Under the pieces are notes generated by a model, which saw only the letters and a program-made list of their open reading frames with translations, had not been told where the DNA came from and did no database searches. From the human T2T-CHM13v2.0 reference genome, Homo sapiens, in the NCBI RefSeq assembly GCF_009914755.1, contig NC_060933.1: a stretch of 64,000 nt of DNA; one strand, given 5' to 3'. The first letter of the stretch is position 1; the number at the start of each line of letters is the position of its first letter. The position numbers and the translations under genes are program-made. This document shows positions 39,445 to 51,700 of the stretch, piece by piece.

Positions 39445-41485
39445 GGAATTTTGAAGAGAGTTCACCTTCAGCTGAGATGACTGATTGGGGGTGTCTGGGT
39501 TGGGCTTTGAAAGACAGGAGGCTGAATGTGTTAAAGAGATGTATAGAGAAGGCAGGCAGGTGTGCTGAGCGTGGGGTAATGCCTCTGTAGCACTGCAGGA
39601 CCAGTGGCCTCTCAGAGACTCCAGACAGGACTGCATACCATCTGCGGCCCTCTGAAGCCCCAGGTGTGAGCCTTCACTACAGGCAGTCTGAGCTCTGGTT
39701 CCAGCTCTGCTGCAAGGTGGACCCTGATCTGGGGCCACAGGTGGAGATTTTGGACATACCTGGCAGCCGGCCCCACCAGGTTTATCCTGTCTCTATTCCG
39801 TTTGGCTCCAGAGCCAGCACATGCACAGACGCACGTGCATGTGTACCATTGTGTGCACACACACACTACAGGCGGTACTCATTCTAGCTACCAAGGTCTG
39901 TGGAGAAAAGCAAAGCCCAGCACAAGCAAATATGTTTTACATCCCAAGCCCTCACTGGGCCAAACAAGGCGGCCAAAGATGGGGAAGAAAAGAGCCTGGG
40001 CACATCCTACCCACCCAAGAAAGCTTTGGCTGAGAATGCTGGCACGACTCCCATCTGGCAGCCAAACTGGACCTCTCGCCCAAACAGATGAGAATCACAG
40101 TTCCTCGTGCCCACTCAATGACTGTCTTCCCCCAAAGAGGATGCCACTGCAATCTCAGGAGCACGTGAAACCACAGGGCTCATTAGCCTGGAGCTACATC
40201 ATGTCCTGCCATGGTCATCTCGTTCCTTCATCTGTCTACCCTGTGGCAGGAAGCCACTTCCCTTAATAAGAATGAAATCTATAGTCTTCCAAATCAGCCC
40301 CAGGACGGAAAGTCTCCTGACGTGGAGGGGCAGCTGATCAGATGGCCGTGCTCTCCCTGAGAGAGGCCTTCTCTTGAGTTTGCTGCCTTTGCATCCCCTT
40401 CCCACCAGCCTGACCCTAGGGAAGTATCGTTCTCCCATCTACTCTGGTCCAGGCCTAAACAAAAATACCTGGATTATCTGGAATGACCCTGGTGCACACT
40501 CTGGGTTACCTGGACAATGATCTTGCTGGAACCAAAGGCCCCAAATTTCCCTAGGGTTTGTCGGGGAGTAGGGGAAGGTAGTCTGTAGCCGAGTTCTCCT
40601 GCCCATGGGACTGAGTGTCCTCCCTCTGCAGGAAGACTGTGGCACCACATAGGTCCCAAGGCTCCAGGGGCTGGAAGCTGGTGTTCCCAGACAACTCTGG
40701 TAAATGCCAGCCTGTCTTACACTAAGTGGTCTAATGACTTCCCCCTCTGACAAGATCTCTCTCTTGCTCACCCTATAAGGAGGGGGATCCTATCCCCCTG
40801 TGGGGATGAAAACCCTCACAAAATCAGCACACCTCTGCACGGACGCAGTGGAGAATGGCTGGCACCTTGTCATTTCCGCTTCTCCCATAGAGCCGGTCCT
40901 TAGCCAATGCACTGTAGCATCTGTCTTTACCCCAAGACATGTGTCAATGGAACACAGGACTTTAGTCATCAGATAACAGAAGATCAAAAACTCAGCACAG
41001 GTGAGTGGCCGGCATGGGACAGAGAGTGATGGGATGGGGCATGTTTATAACTACGGTTATTTGGTCCTGCATCGTGACTAGAGATCATGGGTTTCTCTTT
41101 CTTTGAATCTATCCTCAAGCATTGCAGGGGGTGGATATGCAGTGATGTCATAATGTCACCTTAATAAATGTGTGAAATGCAGTTGTTTCCTCTACACTAG
41201 CAGCCCCTCTCAATGCAGTCTAAGCATGTACGATACAGAATGATGGAGGGCTAGAGCTAAATGGGGCACCAGGGGAAGACTTAAAGGTGCTCCTTGTCCT
41301 TAAGGAGCTGATATTCTGGATGGAGAGTCAGATACATAATTAGCCAACCAGATTACAATGGATTAAGTGCCCAGATCAAGTCATGTGTCATATGTTTTGG
41401 GCTCCCAGAAAATGACCACTTCATTCCACCTGGGGAAGGGGACAAAGAAGATTTCTCACTTTACAGATGAGGAAACTGTTTAGTC

Positions 41486-41864
41486 TGTATTAGTCTGTTT
41501 TCATACTGCTGTAAAAAACTGCCCAAGACTGGGTAATTTATAAAGGAAAGAGGTTTAATTGACTCACAGTTCAGCATGGCTGGTGAGGCCTCAGGAAACT
41601 TACAATCATGGCAGAAAGTGAAGGGGAAGCAAGGCACCTTCTTCACAAGGTGGCAGGAAGGAGAAGTGCCAAGTGAAGGGGAAAAAGCCCATTATAAAGC
41701 CATCAGGTCTTGTGAGAATTCTCTCACTATCATGAGAACAGCATGGGGGAAACAGCCCCCATGATTCAATTACCTCCACTTGGTCTCTCCCTTGACACTT
41801 GGAAATTACAGGGATTATAATTCAAGATGAGAGTTGGATGGGGACACAAAGCCTAACCATGTCA
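41486..41864 (-). mobile_element. THE1D-like MaLR solo LTR, inserted in a MIR
   Basis: TGTATTAGTCTGTTTTCATACTGCT...GAGGCCTCAGGAAACTTACAATCATGGCAGAA...GGGGACACAAAGCCTAACCATGTCA; MIR core TTACAGATGAGGAAACTG directly upstream. Confidence 0.88.
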
Positions 41865-42756
41865 ATGGTCAAGGTGATAAGATTTGCTTAAGGTCAGTGG
41901 TAAAACCCAAGAGAGACCCCAGGACTCCAGACACTGAGCTTGTGCTCTGTCTGTCTCTCCAGGGTTTGGGTTGTCCAGGGGGTTGCCTCCACTCTTGGAT
42001 AAACCTAATGCTCGGCATCCCAGGAGAAGATGCTCCTGGTCCCTAGGCTGAATCTCTGGAATGGGACGGGAAAACAAATGCCCTCCCCGTACTGGGATAC
42101 CTGGGCAGTGTGGCAGGAGTCAGGGAGGAGGGCAAGGAGGCCACCTGGTCTGGTCCCCTGGCTGACAGGAAGTGATGCCTCCTGGGCTCATTCAGCAGCT
42201 GTTGCTTGCTTGGCATGGTTTAGACAAACAGGCAGATGTCCTCAGAGTGACCTCCCTGACTCAGAGAGTTTGGGAACTGAGGTATTCACTCCCTGGGGTT
42301 GGGGGTGCTGGCCAAGGACAGGGCATGAGCTGCTGACTCATTCTCACTGCCTCTCCGTTCTGATACTTGAAAAGTTGGGAAAGAATTGGGAAATGAAGAA
42401 GCTATCTGAAAAGGGTGAGTTTCAGGACCGCAAAATAACATGTTCTCCTTCCTCCAAGCCATCTGCTCCTTGTCCCTCCTAAGATGCCAACAGATCTTGG
42501 AGGGTTTCATGCATTCAGGACACAGTGGTCCTTACAAGGTCTCCGGATGGCTGAGCAGACAGAACGGGGAGAGAGATGATTCTATGAGATGCCAGAGAGA
42601 GACACGGTCAGGTGGAAAGGCTGTCTCAAATATTTTCATGGTGACCTAAGAATAAACCAGTAAGGAGGGAATAATAGCAGAAAACAAAAGGAAACCAATA
42701 TTATTGAATAATAGAGCTTGAAGGACATTAAATATCACATGGGCTCACCCTGTCTC

Positions 42757-42932
42757 CAGGACTGGCTTCAGGGACATGTGACCCATTCAGTCACACAGGT
42801 CCCCACACTTGGGAGAACCTACTCTTCATTTAAAGCTCTCCTGTCGCCATCTTGAAATTCAGAATTTATTTTTAACAAGAGGCCCGTATATTTATTGTAC
42901 ACTGGGCCCTGCAAATTATATAGCCAGCCCTG
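42757..42932 (+). mobile_element. MER45A (hAT-Tip100 MITE)
   Basis: TIRs CAGGACTGGCT / AGCCAGCCCTG (10 of 11 match); internal CTGTCGCCATCTTGAAATTC. Confidence 0.85.
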
Positions 42933-42947
42933 CGCATGGCCTTACAG

Positions 42948-42950
<3 letters not shown>

Positions 42951-42979
<29 letters not shown>
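42951..42979. repeat. Poly(A) tract, 29 nt
   Basis: Uninterrupted A run inside a MIR remnant. Confidence 0.9.
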
Positions 42980-42980
<1 letters not shown>

Positions 42981-43319
42981 CCCAGAAAGGGAAAATGGCT
43001 GCTCAGGATCACACTGGTCCTTTGCTCTAGAACCAGGGTGAGAACTCTCAGTTCTGTTGAGAGTCTACATTGAGTGTAACTCTACTGGCAGTGTCTGTTT
43101 AGGGCAAGAATTCCTGATTCTGGCCTTGCCTGCTCCAGGTAGGCCACTGCAAGGGCTGTATGGACCACAGCAGCCCACGTGTCCAAAATGGAAAGCATGC
43201 CTTCTTTCCCTGATCATCTCCCCCTTCTCCTTTGGCCAACCTTGTCTATATAAATGCAATACCATCCTGTCATCTCAAACTAGGGACTCATGATTGGACT
43301 CCACAGTTGTTAACGGGCT

Positions 43320-43510
43320 TGATCTTGGACTCCCAGCCCTGGGTAACTTTGAGCAAAGTTCCTTCATCTTGCTAAGCCTCTATTCTCTAATATAGGAAGT
43401 ATAAATAATAATGCCATGAAGCCTCTGGGGTTATTGGAAAGATTAAGTGAGACGATGCAAAACAAACATTTAGCATGGCATCTAACCCATAGCTAGTGCT
43501 CAATAAAGTG
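43320..43510 (+). mobile_element. MIR
   Basis: AAGCCTCTATTCTCTAATATAGGAAG...GATTAAGTGAGACGATGC...GTGCTCAATAAAG. Confidence 0.65.
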
Positions 43511-43605
43511 TTGTGTTTATTTAACTTTATTCTACAGCTCCCCTTGTCCTGGCCTAAGACTGTGACTGGATAAATCCCTGCCTTTGTCCTTGAAGCTGCT
43601 CTCTG

Positions 43606-43767
43606 ATACCCTACTATTCAGACTATGGAGCAGCAGGATCAGCCTCACTTGGCAACTCATTAGAAGTGCAGAATCCCAGGCCCCAACCCAACCCTGCTGA
43701 ATCAGAAACTGCACTTTCACCAGATTCCCAGGTGACTCATATGGGCATTAAGGTTTGTGACACACTG
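43606..43767. mobile_element. MER5A (hAT-Charlie MITE)
   Basis: TTAGAAGTGCAGAATCCCAGGCCCC...CTGAATCAGAAACTGCACTTT...ATTCCCAGGTGACTCATATG. Confidence 0.8.
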
Positions 43768-44374
43768 TGATTTCTAGTACACACAGTTGGCCTTTCTTTC
43801 TCTGCCCTGGGGATATGAGTAACTTCCTAATTCCAGCCATAATCATTCTTATAAAGGTAGAACCCGAGCCTACCATGACGGGTTTGACCAAAGTCTAAGT
43901 CCCTTCCTGAAGGCTTACGATATGGCTAACGTGAACCTGGTGAAGAGTGCCATTAGTGTGAAAGGTGTATGGAAAGGTGAATGAGCAAGAATCAGGAAAC
44001 CTGTCAGAGACTACTGCAATGATCCAACCAAGACGTGAAGGGCCTGAACTAGGCCTGGGGCCAAGAAAACAGGGAGAAGGGGGTGAGTTATGGAGTTTTA
44101 TCCAATACAGAATTCAGCAGATTGAACTACCAGGTAGAGTTACAGGGGATACAGGAGATGGAGTAAAGACAGCTCTGAGATTCCTTTGAAATAACAGGAT
44201 CATATTGCATGTATATAGACAAGGTTGGCCAGATGGTGGAGAAGGGGGAAATGATCAGAGACAGAAGCCATGCTTCCTTTTGTGGGTATGTGTGCTGGCA
44301 AGAAAAGACTTTCAGGAAGAAGGGTGGGCTTCCTCTGGCATTTACTTCACAGTGAGTGTTACAGAGATGTGAGG

Positions 44375-44602
44375 TAAGTGCACTAGAGCTAAAAGGCTAT
44401 GGGTTCAAATCTTGGCTTTTCCACCTAGGAAACACAGCTTGTCACTCTGAGCAAGTTGATCAACCTCTCTGTGCCTCAGTTTCTACTTTTGTAAAATAAC
44501 CTTCAGAGTGTTGCAGTGAGGGTTAAATGAATTAATATATATGAAATGTCTAGAACCATGCCTGGTACATAGTGAACACTCAATAAATATTATCCATTAT
44601 TA
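44375..44602 (+). mobile_element. MIR
   Basis: GGGTTCAAATCTTGGCT...ACCTCTCTGTGCCTCAGTTTC...TGCCTGGTACATAGTGAACACTCAATAAATAT. Confidence 0.8.
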
Positions 44603-45434
44603 TGGCTGCCTCTTTGTCTATCTTCCCAATGAAATTCTGAGGTCCTTGGGGAGAGAGACCTCAACTGACAGTCTTTGTGTCATCTAGCACGTAGCACAAA
44701 GCAGGTACACAAATACGGTCCACGGAAATGTATGTTGTTCACTAAAGGTAGCCAGGTGGTCCCGTGTGGTATCTGTGTACACAGAAATACAGATGTTGTA
44801 TCCCTTTACAAATGTTCATCTCTTCCCTGCTCCCTTTTCCTAATCACAGCTTAATAACTTCTATGTAATGAGAATCTGTGCTCATTCTTTTCTCAGTCTA
44901 AATTGATCTATGGGCTACCCTGATAACGCAGCCTGCCTCTTGGGTAAATCCACTCTCCCCAAAGGGTGACAATGAGTGGGAGGAAACTTGTCCTCTGGAG
45001 TCTCTTTCACTCATTTGACAAAGATGACCTGTGTGCCCATCAATAATGGCAATCATTCCATCTTCCATTTCTTGAGAGCAGGCACCAAGTCTCTGCCTAG
45101 CTCTAGTGCTCTGGTCTTTTCAGGGAGAAAGACAAGAAAATGGCAGATTGTAATATAGTAACAACAGAAGTAGACACAGGGTTCTGCGGGGCTCAGAGGA
45201 GGGAGAGGCACCCCAGTCTGATCACACAGAACTGGCTCCTGTGAGAGGGTAAAGCAAAATGGTGGCCCTGAGTGAACCCCAGTCCTGCCCTCAGCACTGT
45301 ACACTTCTTGTCTTTCACTATCACACTGCACTTAGAAACAGAATAAAGACTGGAAACAAAAAGACAGAGGGCAGAGGCCAAGGCCCAGATGAACATACAA
45401 AATGAGCTCCAGACCAGGCATGAGTCTATATCAG

Positions 45435-45771
45435 GAGGTGGCTTGGACCCATTGCCCTAGAAGCAGAGCTTGAGATAGGGACTGAGTGCACCTGATTTAT
45501 CAAGGGAGCGTTCTTCAGGGAAAACCATAGAGGTAGGGAGGAAAGAAAGTCAGAGAAGGAGAAAGAGTAGAGCCAGGATACGGTCTCAAGTAAGGTCTTG
45601 TCCTCCTGACCCTCAGGGATCTGGGGAGGAATAAACTTAGCCCCGGCCAGGCAGCTTCCGCAGTCAGCTCAACAAAGAAGGTGACAGCTGGGAGCTGTCA
45701 GCAGCCAAAAGTCTCAGGTGCACTGGCCCCAGAAAGGGGATCTGAGTGGGGCCTCAACACGGACAGTTACA
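45435..45771 (-). mobile_element. LTR16-like ERVL solo LTR
   Basis: AGAAGCAGAGCTTGAGATAGGGACTGAGTGCACCTGATTTAT and AAAGGGGATCTGAGTGGGGCCTCAACAC...TTACA. Confidence 0.55.
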
Positions 45772-46306
45772 GGCAGATAAGAGTCAGAAGGGCCAGCATC
45801 AGATCCACGTTCCCCTGACATCACTTTGGTCTATCTGTGACCTCTGAAAGGACATTCTTGTGAACAAAGGTGAGCTAACAGGTTCCTTGCAGAACCTCAG
45901 TGTGAAACCACATGCACGGGCAGGGGTCCACATGGGGTGGATCCACCCCTCTTAGTCTTGTCCTGTGGTGGTCCTGAGCCATGTCTCCCCCATCTTGTTT
46001 GTGCATCAGGTATGTGTCCACAAAACACAACTTTGGGTGGTAGAAGCAAGTTGATTTGCCCAAAACTATTTGGCACCCCGGCTTTCTGGGGTCATGGTTT
46101 ATACACCAACATCCACCAGTTATCAGCCACAAATTCAAGTATGTAAGAAAAGGTCAATTCCTCCCACCCACCCAGGAAGCCTGGAGGAGCAGGCGTGGAA
46201 TTCAAGGGGGAACGAGGAATTTAGCTCCCAAGCAACTGCTGGGTGTTAGAGATTGAGAGAAAGTGTTCAGGGAAGCGGTAGGATCTTCTTCTCTCGTAAT
46301 GAGTTT

Positions 46307-46445
46307 ATGTGTGCATGTGTGCAAGCATGTGTGTATGCATGTATACGTGTATACATCTGCGTGTATTGCATGCTTATGCATGAGCATGCATGTATATGTA
46401 CATGTATGCGTGTGCATGTATATGTGCGCATGTGTGTACATGTGC
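46307..46445. repeat. Degenerate alternating purine-pyrimidine (TG/CA/TA) repeat
   Basis: About 140 bp of ATGTGTGCATGTGTGC...ATGTATACGTGTATACAT... Confidence 0.85.
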
Positions 46446-46910
46446 TCACAGCCTTCCCTTTGCAGTTCGGAGTCACTTTGGTGGAAAGCAGTACTTTTTA
46501 ATTTCAGGAAATTAGCTTCAAGTGAGAAAGCAGGGAAGTAAAATATCGTATTTTAAAACTCTGTCCTGGGGGTCTCATTGTCCCCTACCCAGCCCCAAAT
46601 ACAGCATCGGTCAGTTTTGTTTGTTTGTTTGTTTCTGGCAGTTTATATAAAGAGCTTCCCAGAGTTGTGTGTGAGATAACAACTTAGCCCACCCCTAGTC
46701 TCCCATTCCCTCTCTCTAACTCTAGGTGTCTCATCACACACCCATCCCTGCTTCTCAGGGTGTACTGGTGTTCAGGTGATGTGGCCATGCCACTCCTAGA
46801 TCTGTGCCAGGGCCCTAGGTTATAGCTGGGCCTTTGGACACTCAAGGGATAGGAAGCCACTGGCCCTTCAAAGAAGAAAGAAGGCAAGAAGTCACCGCCC
46901 AGAATGGAGA

Positions 46911-47212
46911 TTTTTTTTTTTTTTTTTTTTTGAGATGGAGTCTTGCTCTCTTGCCCAGGCTGGAGTGCAGTGGTGCGATCTCGGCTCACTGCAAGCTTCG
47001 TTCCCCAGGTTCACGCCATTCTCCTGCCTCAGCCTCCTGACTAGCTGGGACTACAGGTGCCGACCACCATGCCCGGCTAATTTTTTGTATTTTTAGTAGA
47101 CATGGGGTTTCACCGTGTTAGCCAGGATGATCTCCATCTCCTGACCTCGTGATCCGCCCGCCTCGGCCTCCCAAAGTGCTGGGATTACACGCATGAGCCA
47201 CCGCGCCCGGCC
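46911..47212 (-). mobile_element. AluY, full length
   Basis: Y-diagnostic GCAAGCT, TTCACGCCATT and CCGTGTTAGCCAGGATG; perfect TSD CAGAATGGAGATTT (46900-46913 / 47213-47226). Confidence 0.95.
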
Positions 47213-47269
47213 CAGAATGGAGATTTCTACGTCTTCCAAATATCCAAAGTCATTTTGCTGTTTTAGATA

Positions 47270-47830
47270 TTTCATTCTTATTATGAAAGCTGTATATGTT
47301 CATTGAATACCACTAGAATACAAAGGCAAAAAAAAAATCATTTTTCTCCAATCCAGGGAGAACCACTGTCAATATTCCAGCATGTACCTTTTCAGATGTC
47401 TTTCTATGGTGACCAACACTTTTTAGTTGTATCATGCCTACATTATTTAATATCTTTCTACATTATTAGATCTTCAACACAAATGTAATACAGTCCATGC
47501 TAGGGGAACACCATCATATTTTGGCCTATCTACTATTGTTGGGCCTTTTCTGAGCTGGGTTCTCCAGCCTCTTCTGGCAGTTATGAGTCACCCGGCATTC
47601 CTTCAATAAATTCTTTTTCTACTTAACCCAGTTTCTATTGATTGCAACTATCCTGATGGATACAGACAGTAAAGCTGTTCTTCATTTCTCACATTTTAAC
47701 TAGTGGTGTGGTGAACAATGTTATCATTTTGTGCATTTGCCTGATTTGTTCCTTGAGATTCGTCCCTAGAAGCAGAATTGCTGGATTCAAAGGTCTGCAA
47801 AAGTGTAAGCCTTCTGGTTGATAGTGCCTA
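47270..47830 (-). mobile_element. Old L1 (L1ME-like) fragments
   Basis: AACCACTGTCAATATT and CCTAGAAGCAGAATTGCTGGATTCAAAGG. Confidence 0.5.
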
Positions 47831-48039
47831 ATAGTCTCAGGCCTATGGTGTTGGAACTGATCAAATGTGCTGTGCATTAAGCTTGGAGCTTCACACACAT
47901 AGGCTCTAAGAGTCACTGCACCTCTCAGGGTGTATGGCATTACAACCATCTTACAGATGAGGAAGCCAGAGTCAGTGAGTTGGGTCACTTGTCCTGAGTT
48001 ATAGCACTGGGAAGTAGCAAAGTCTACTTGAGATTGGAG

Positions 48040-48475
48040 CCCAGATGTGCTGGGTATTCTGCTTGCCCCTCCAGATGCAATTGCCCCTCTCTTCCCCTGG
48101 GAGGCTTATTATGGACCACATCATGGCCCCCTTGCCTCCGGCTCCTGTTAGATTCACCCACTGGGAGGCATGAGCAGGAGTTGTGAATAGGGAAGGGTAA
48201 GAACATACTATTGATTTCCCAGCTTCTTCCCTGGCAGGTCACCCTGGCTGTCTGAGTGGCAGCATCAAAGATCAATCTTAATCTCCCCGGGTTGGAGAGC
48301 TTCTCCCTCCACTACCCTTCCTCAAGTCTAAGGATGCAAACAGCTCCTTGCTGGTGCTTACATGGTCCCTGACCATCCCTTACAGCTTTTCTTGACCCCG
48401 CCCACCACTGTGTACATAGCTCCCGTGTTAGGGTCACCATCTTTTTCCCGTTGGGATACTGACAATAGACCAGGT
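48040..48475 (+). mobile_element. LTR33-like ERVL solo LTR
   Basis: TTGCCCCTCCAGATGC...GGGAGGCTTATTATGGACCACATC...CCCTTGCCTCCGGCTCCTGTT...TGGGAGGCATGAGCAGGAG. Confidence 0.55.
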
Positions 48476-48659
48476 CTGTCTGGAGCCGAAGTGCACGTTT
48501 TCCCATCACACCATGTTACACACAAGTGTGTATTTTTCACAAGCAGTCTCAGCCACTCCAGCTCCTGTGCACATACACACATCCCATGACAGGCACTTCC
48601 ACTTTCCACCCCTCAGCTCTGTAGAGGTCAGAATATACTTGAAAGAGCCCTGGAGGGAG

Positions 48660-48772
48660 AGTGAAGCAAGGTCTTGCTGTGTGACCTTGGGCAAGTCCCT
48701 CCAGCTCCCCAGCTCTCTTGACTTCAGTTTCCTCATCTGAAAAATGAGGAGCTGAATTAGAGGGTTTCAAAG
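48660..48772 (+). mobile_element. MIR
   Basis: TGCTGTGTGACCTTGGGCAAGTC...CAGTTTCCTCATCTGAAAAATGAGG. Confidence 0.75.
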
Positions 48773-51700
48773 GTCAGCTATCCCAGAAGAAAGAGAACAG
48801 TGTATACCAGTAGATATTAAATTTACATCTGCACTTTACACACATCTGCACACCAGTGTGTGCGGTATCTGTGCATAGAGAAAAGGGAGCCCTTTTGCAA
48901 GCTGAGTGCTCGGACCTTTTATTCCTATGTATTTAGAACCTTTGCTGTTTGTACTTGGCCAGCTTTGGATGGCAAAACAGTCTATTCTCTGTGGAAATTC
49001 TGACTTATTTTTCCAGCTGGTCTGCCAGTTGCCAAGAAATGTCATCTGAATACCATTATTTAATCGAAGATTAGCCCACGCCTGTGACATAGGCTGTAAC
49101 TATTATCTTCTTTGATTTTTTTTACATAAGCACACATTTTCTTCACAGATTAGACCTTGCATTAGCAGAGGTAAATGCTGCCTCCTTCTTGGCCAAATAG
49201 CCCAGAAAGTCGTGAAGTGATCCAGTGGGATTGAGGCTGTCTGTATCTGTGTGCGTGTGCGAGTGTCCGTGAGTATGTGCTAGGATGCGTGTGTGACTGG
49301 GAGGATATGCATGTGAGTGTGAGTGAGGAAGCTACCTTTGAAGTCATTTCATGCAGGGATCCAGAGAGAGGACTTTCCTTGGTCATTGGACATATCAACT
49401 TGGCCTCCCAATTTATCAGATGATGTTCAGCATTTGTTTTCAAATTAGAGCATGTGTGAAACAAAATCCAGCCGGGCCTGCCGGGAGGTTTTAGGATGGA
49501 CCCGACAGTATTTGTAACTCAATCATATTACAGATTTCCTGGGTAAAGCAAGAGGGCAGGGAGGTCATGAGTTCAAGCTGTAACTGTTGGCTTGGGTGTT
49601 GGAAAACTCTAGACTGCATGACCTTAGAAGGCCACCACTTAGCCCTGGAAAGTCTCCAGCCTCTTTAAGCTCTATGTGGCATCCAAGTTCGCCTCTCATT
49701 TGCTGCTTTCAGAGCTTTCTAGGACAATTTTCTCATTGGCCTTTGTTTAGGCAGTTGAGGTGATAACGTCTTATTTTGTTTTGTTTAGATTTTTATCAGG
49801 TTGCTCCCGACTGAGCAGGGCCCCAACCCAGCCTCAGAGTGGAGCTCATTACAAGTTGGGGCTTGCTCCCTTGTTCTTGAAGGCCCTTCGGATTCTTTCT
49901 TATTTTCCAGGCTCTTGGCCTCTGCCTGGTCCAAGGGCCAAGCTACAGCCAAACATCTAACACGGCCACTCCCAAATTACTGGCTAAATGTTCGTCTGCC
50001 AGAAAAGAGGAGCTCAGGAACAAAACCTTGGGCCTGGGGGCAACTTGACTCTTCTCATACACTGAGAGGGCAAGAAAGGTCACGGGCTTCATTTTTAAGA
50101 GCCAAGGAAATTGAGAAACTAGACAAACAACCAGAAATTCTCAGATAGAACTTATTTATACCCCCTCCACTTTCATCCCCCAACCTTGTTCTCTTTCCAG
50201 AGGCAGTCTATGGACTTGTCAACAACTCAGGAACAAAGAGAACTCTGCCCAAGGGGACGGTCATGCCCTGGCCCCAGCACTTTGCTGGGGGCCTGGTCTG
50301 TTGTAAGCACACAAGCATAGTTTTTGAAATAATGAATGAATGAATGGGTTGGTGACTGTGTGAATGAGGATGGTTCCCAGAATAAATCCTCAAGAAAATC
50401 TTCTTTGGAAAGGGTGAAGTGTGGAGAAGCCCGTGACCTGTGTTAGTTACATTATAACAGATATCAATGTTTCCCACCCTATTGAGTGTCCCAGCCTTCA
50501 AATCAAATCAGAAACTCCTTTCAGGCTCCTCGGGGTGGGTAGATGAGAGCTGAAGGAGGAGGAGAGGCAAATAGGGAAGAGCTGACCAAGATGAAGGTCA
50601 GACCTTCATGCCCACATGAGCTCTACGCACACTTCAGTCCTTTTCCCAGACTGCTCAGTGCTTCCCTACCCAGGCACTCCCTCGGGAAACAAGGGAAGAT
50701 GACTACATGGAGAAGATAACCAGGAGCCCGACCAGGCTTTTTTTTTTTTTTTTTTTTTCTCTTCGAATTGCTAAGTGTAGAGTGACTCATAGGAACTCCA
50801 GACAAAGATGACGATGGAAAAGGAGTCTAGCAGATCAGGGGAGGTGGTTGAGGTAAAAGAAGCGGGGGGACTTGAGGTTGGGAGAGAATGGGAAACATGT
50901 TTTGTAAGATTTCCAAGATTTTTGGAGGCTGTTGTTAAGGACTTTTTCATAAGACCTGTTACCCTGCTGGGGTTTACATCACTATTTGATCTAAGCCCCA
51001 ACAGGACGACTACATCTGCTACTAAGCTGTGTTGTAAATGTCTTTAATTTTTATATTTCATCTGAAGGGAGTTGTTAAAGTGAGTTTACAGGGTGATGGC
51101 TCTTTGAATAAAAGCCATCAATACTGGAGCAGAGCTCTGTATGACACTTAATTTTCGCTCTAATAAGCCCTCCTAAAACATTACAAGATTTAGGAGGGAT
51201 TGTTTTTCCTTTCTTCTTTTTCCCTTTGACTTCCTTTCCCTCCTTGCATTATTTCTCTCCTCTCCAGCTCTCGCGCTCTCCTCTCTTGCTTTCCTTAAAG
51301 GACATACTTGAAGAGAACATTTGTGCTCAGATGACACCACTTCTCTTTTTACCGCCAGCCAGATGTGCTCTTGACTTCTGAACAGGAGAAAGGTTTCTTT
51401 GAAGTTTTTCAAAGACTTTGCTTTTATTTAGAATTTTTTTTCCCTTTTCTCTCTCTCCCTGGTGTTTAACTGGTTGGGAAGCCCCAGGAGGGGTTTTCGC
51501 ATGGGCCTCTTTTCTTTTCCTGGGGCATGAAAGGAATGGGATCAGAGGCACAATGTTCCCAGAGAGCCTTCTATTTTCTGCCCCAATGACTCCAAGTATT
51601 TTCTGGTAGAGCCGCTGTCCCCAGGAGCAAAAAGAAGATGGCTTTGGATTTTCCCTGGAAACGCATCTATTAAATGAACAGAATGGTTCTGGTAGTGGTG

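Noticed and set aside
46202-46541. His/Thr- and Cys/Val-rich ORFs
   Set aside because: Translations of the RY simple repeat
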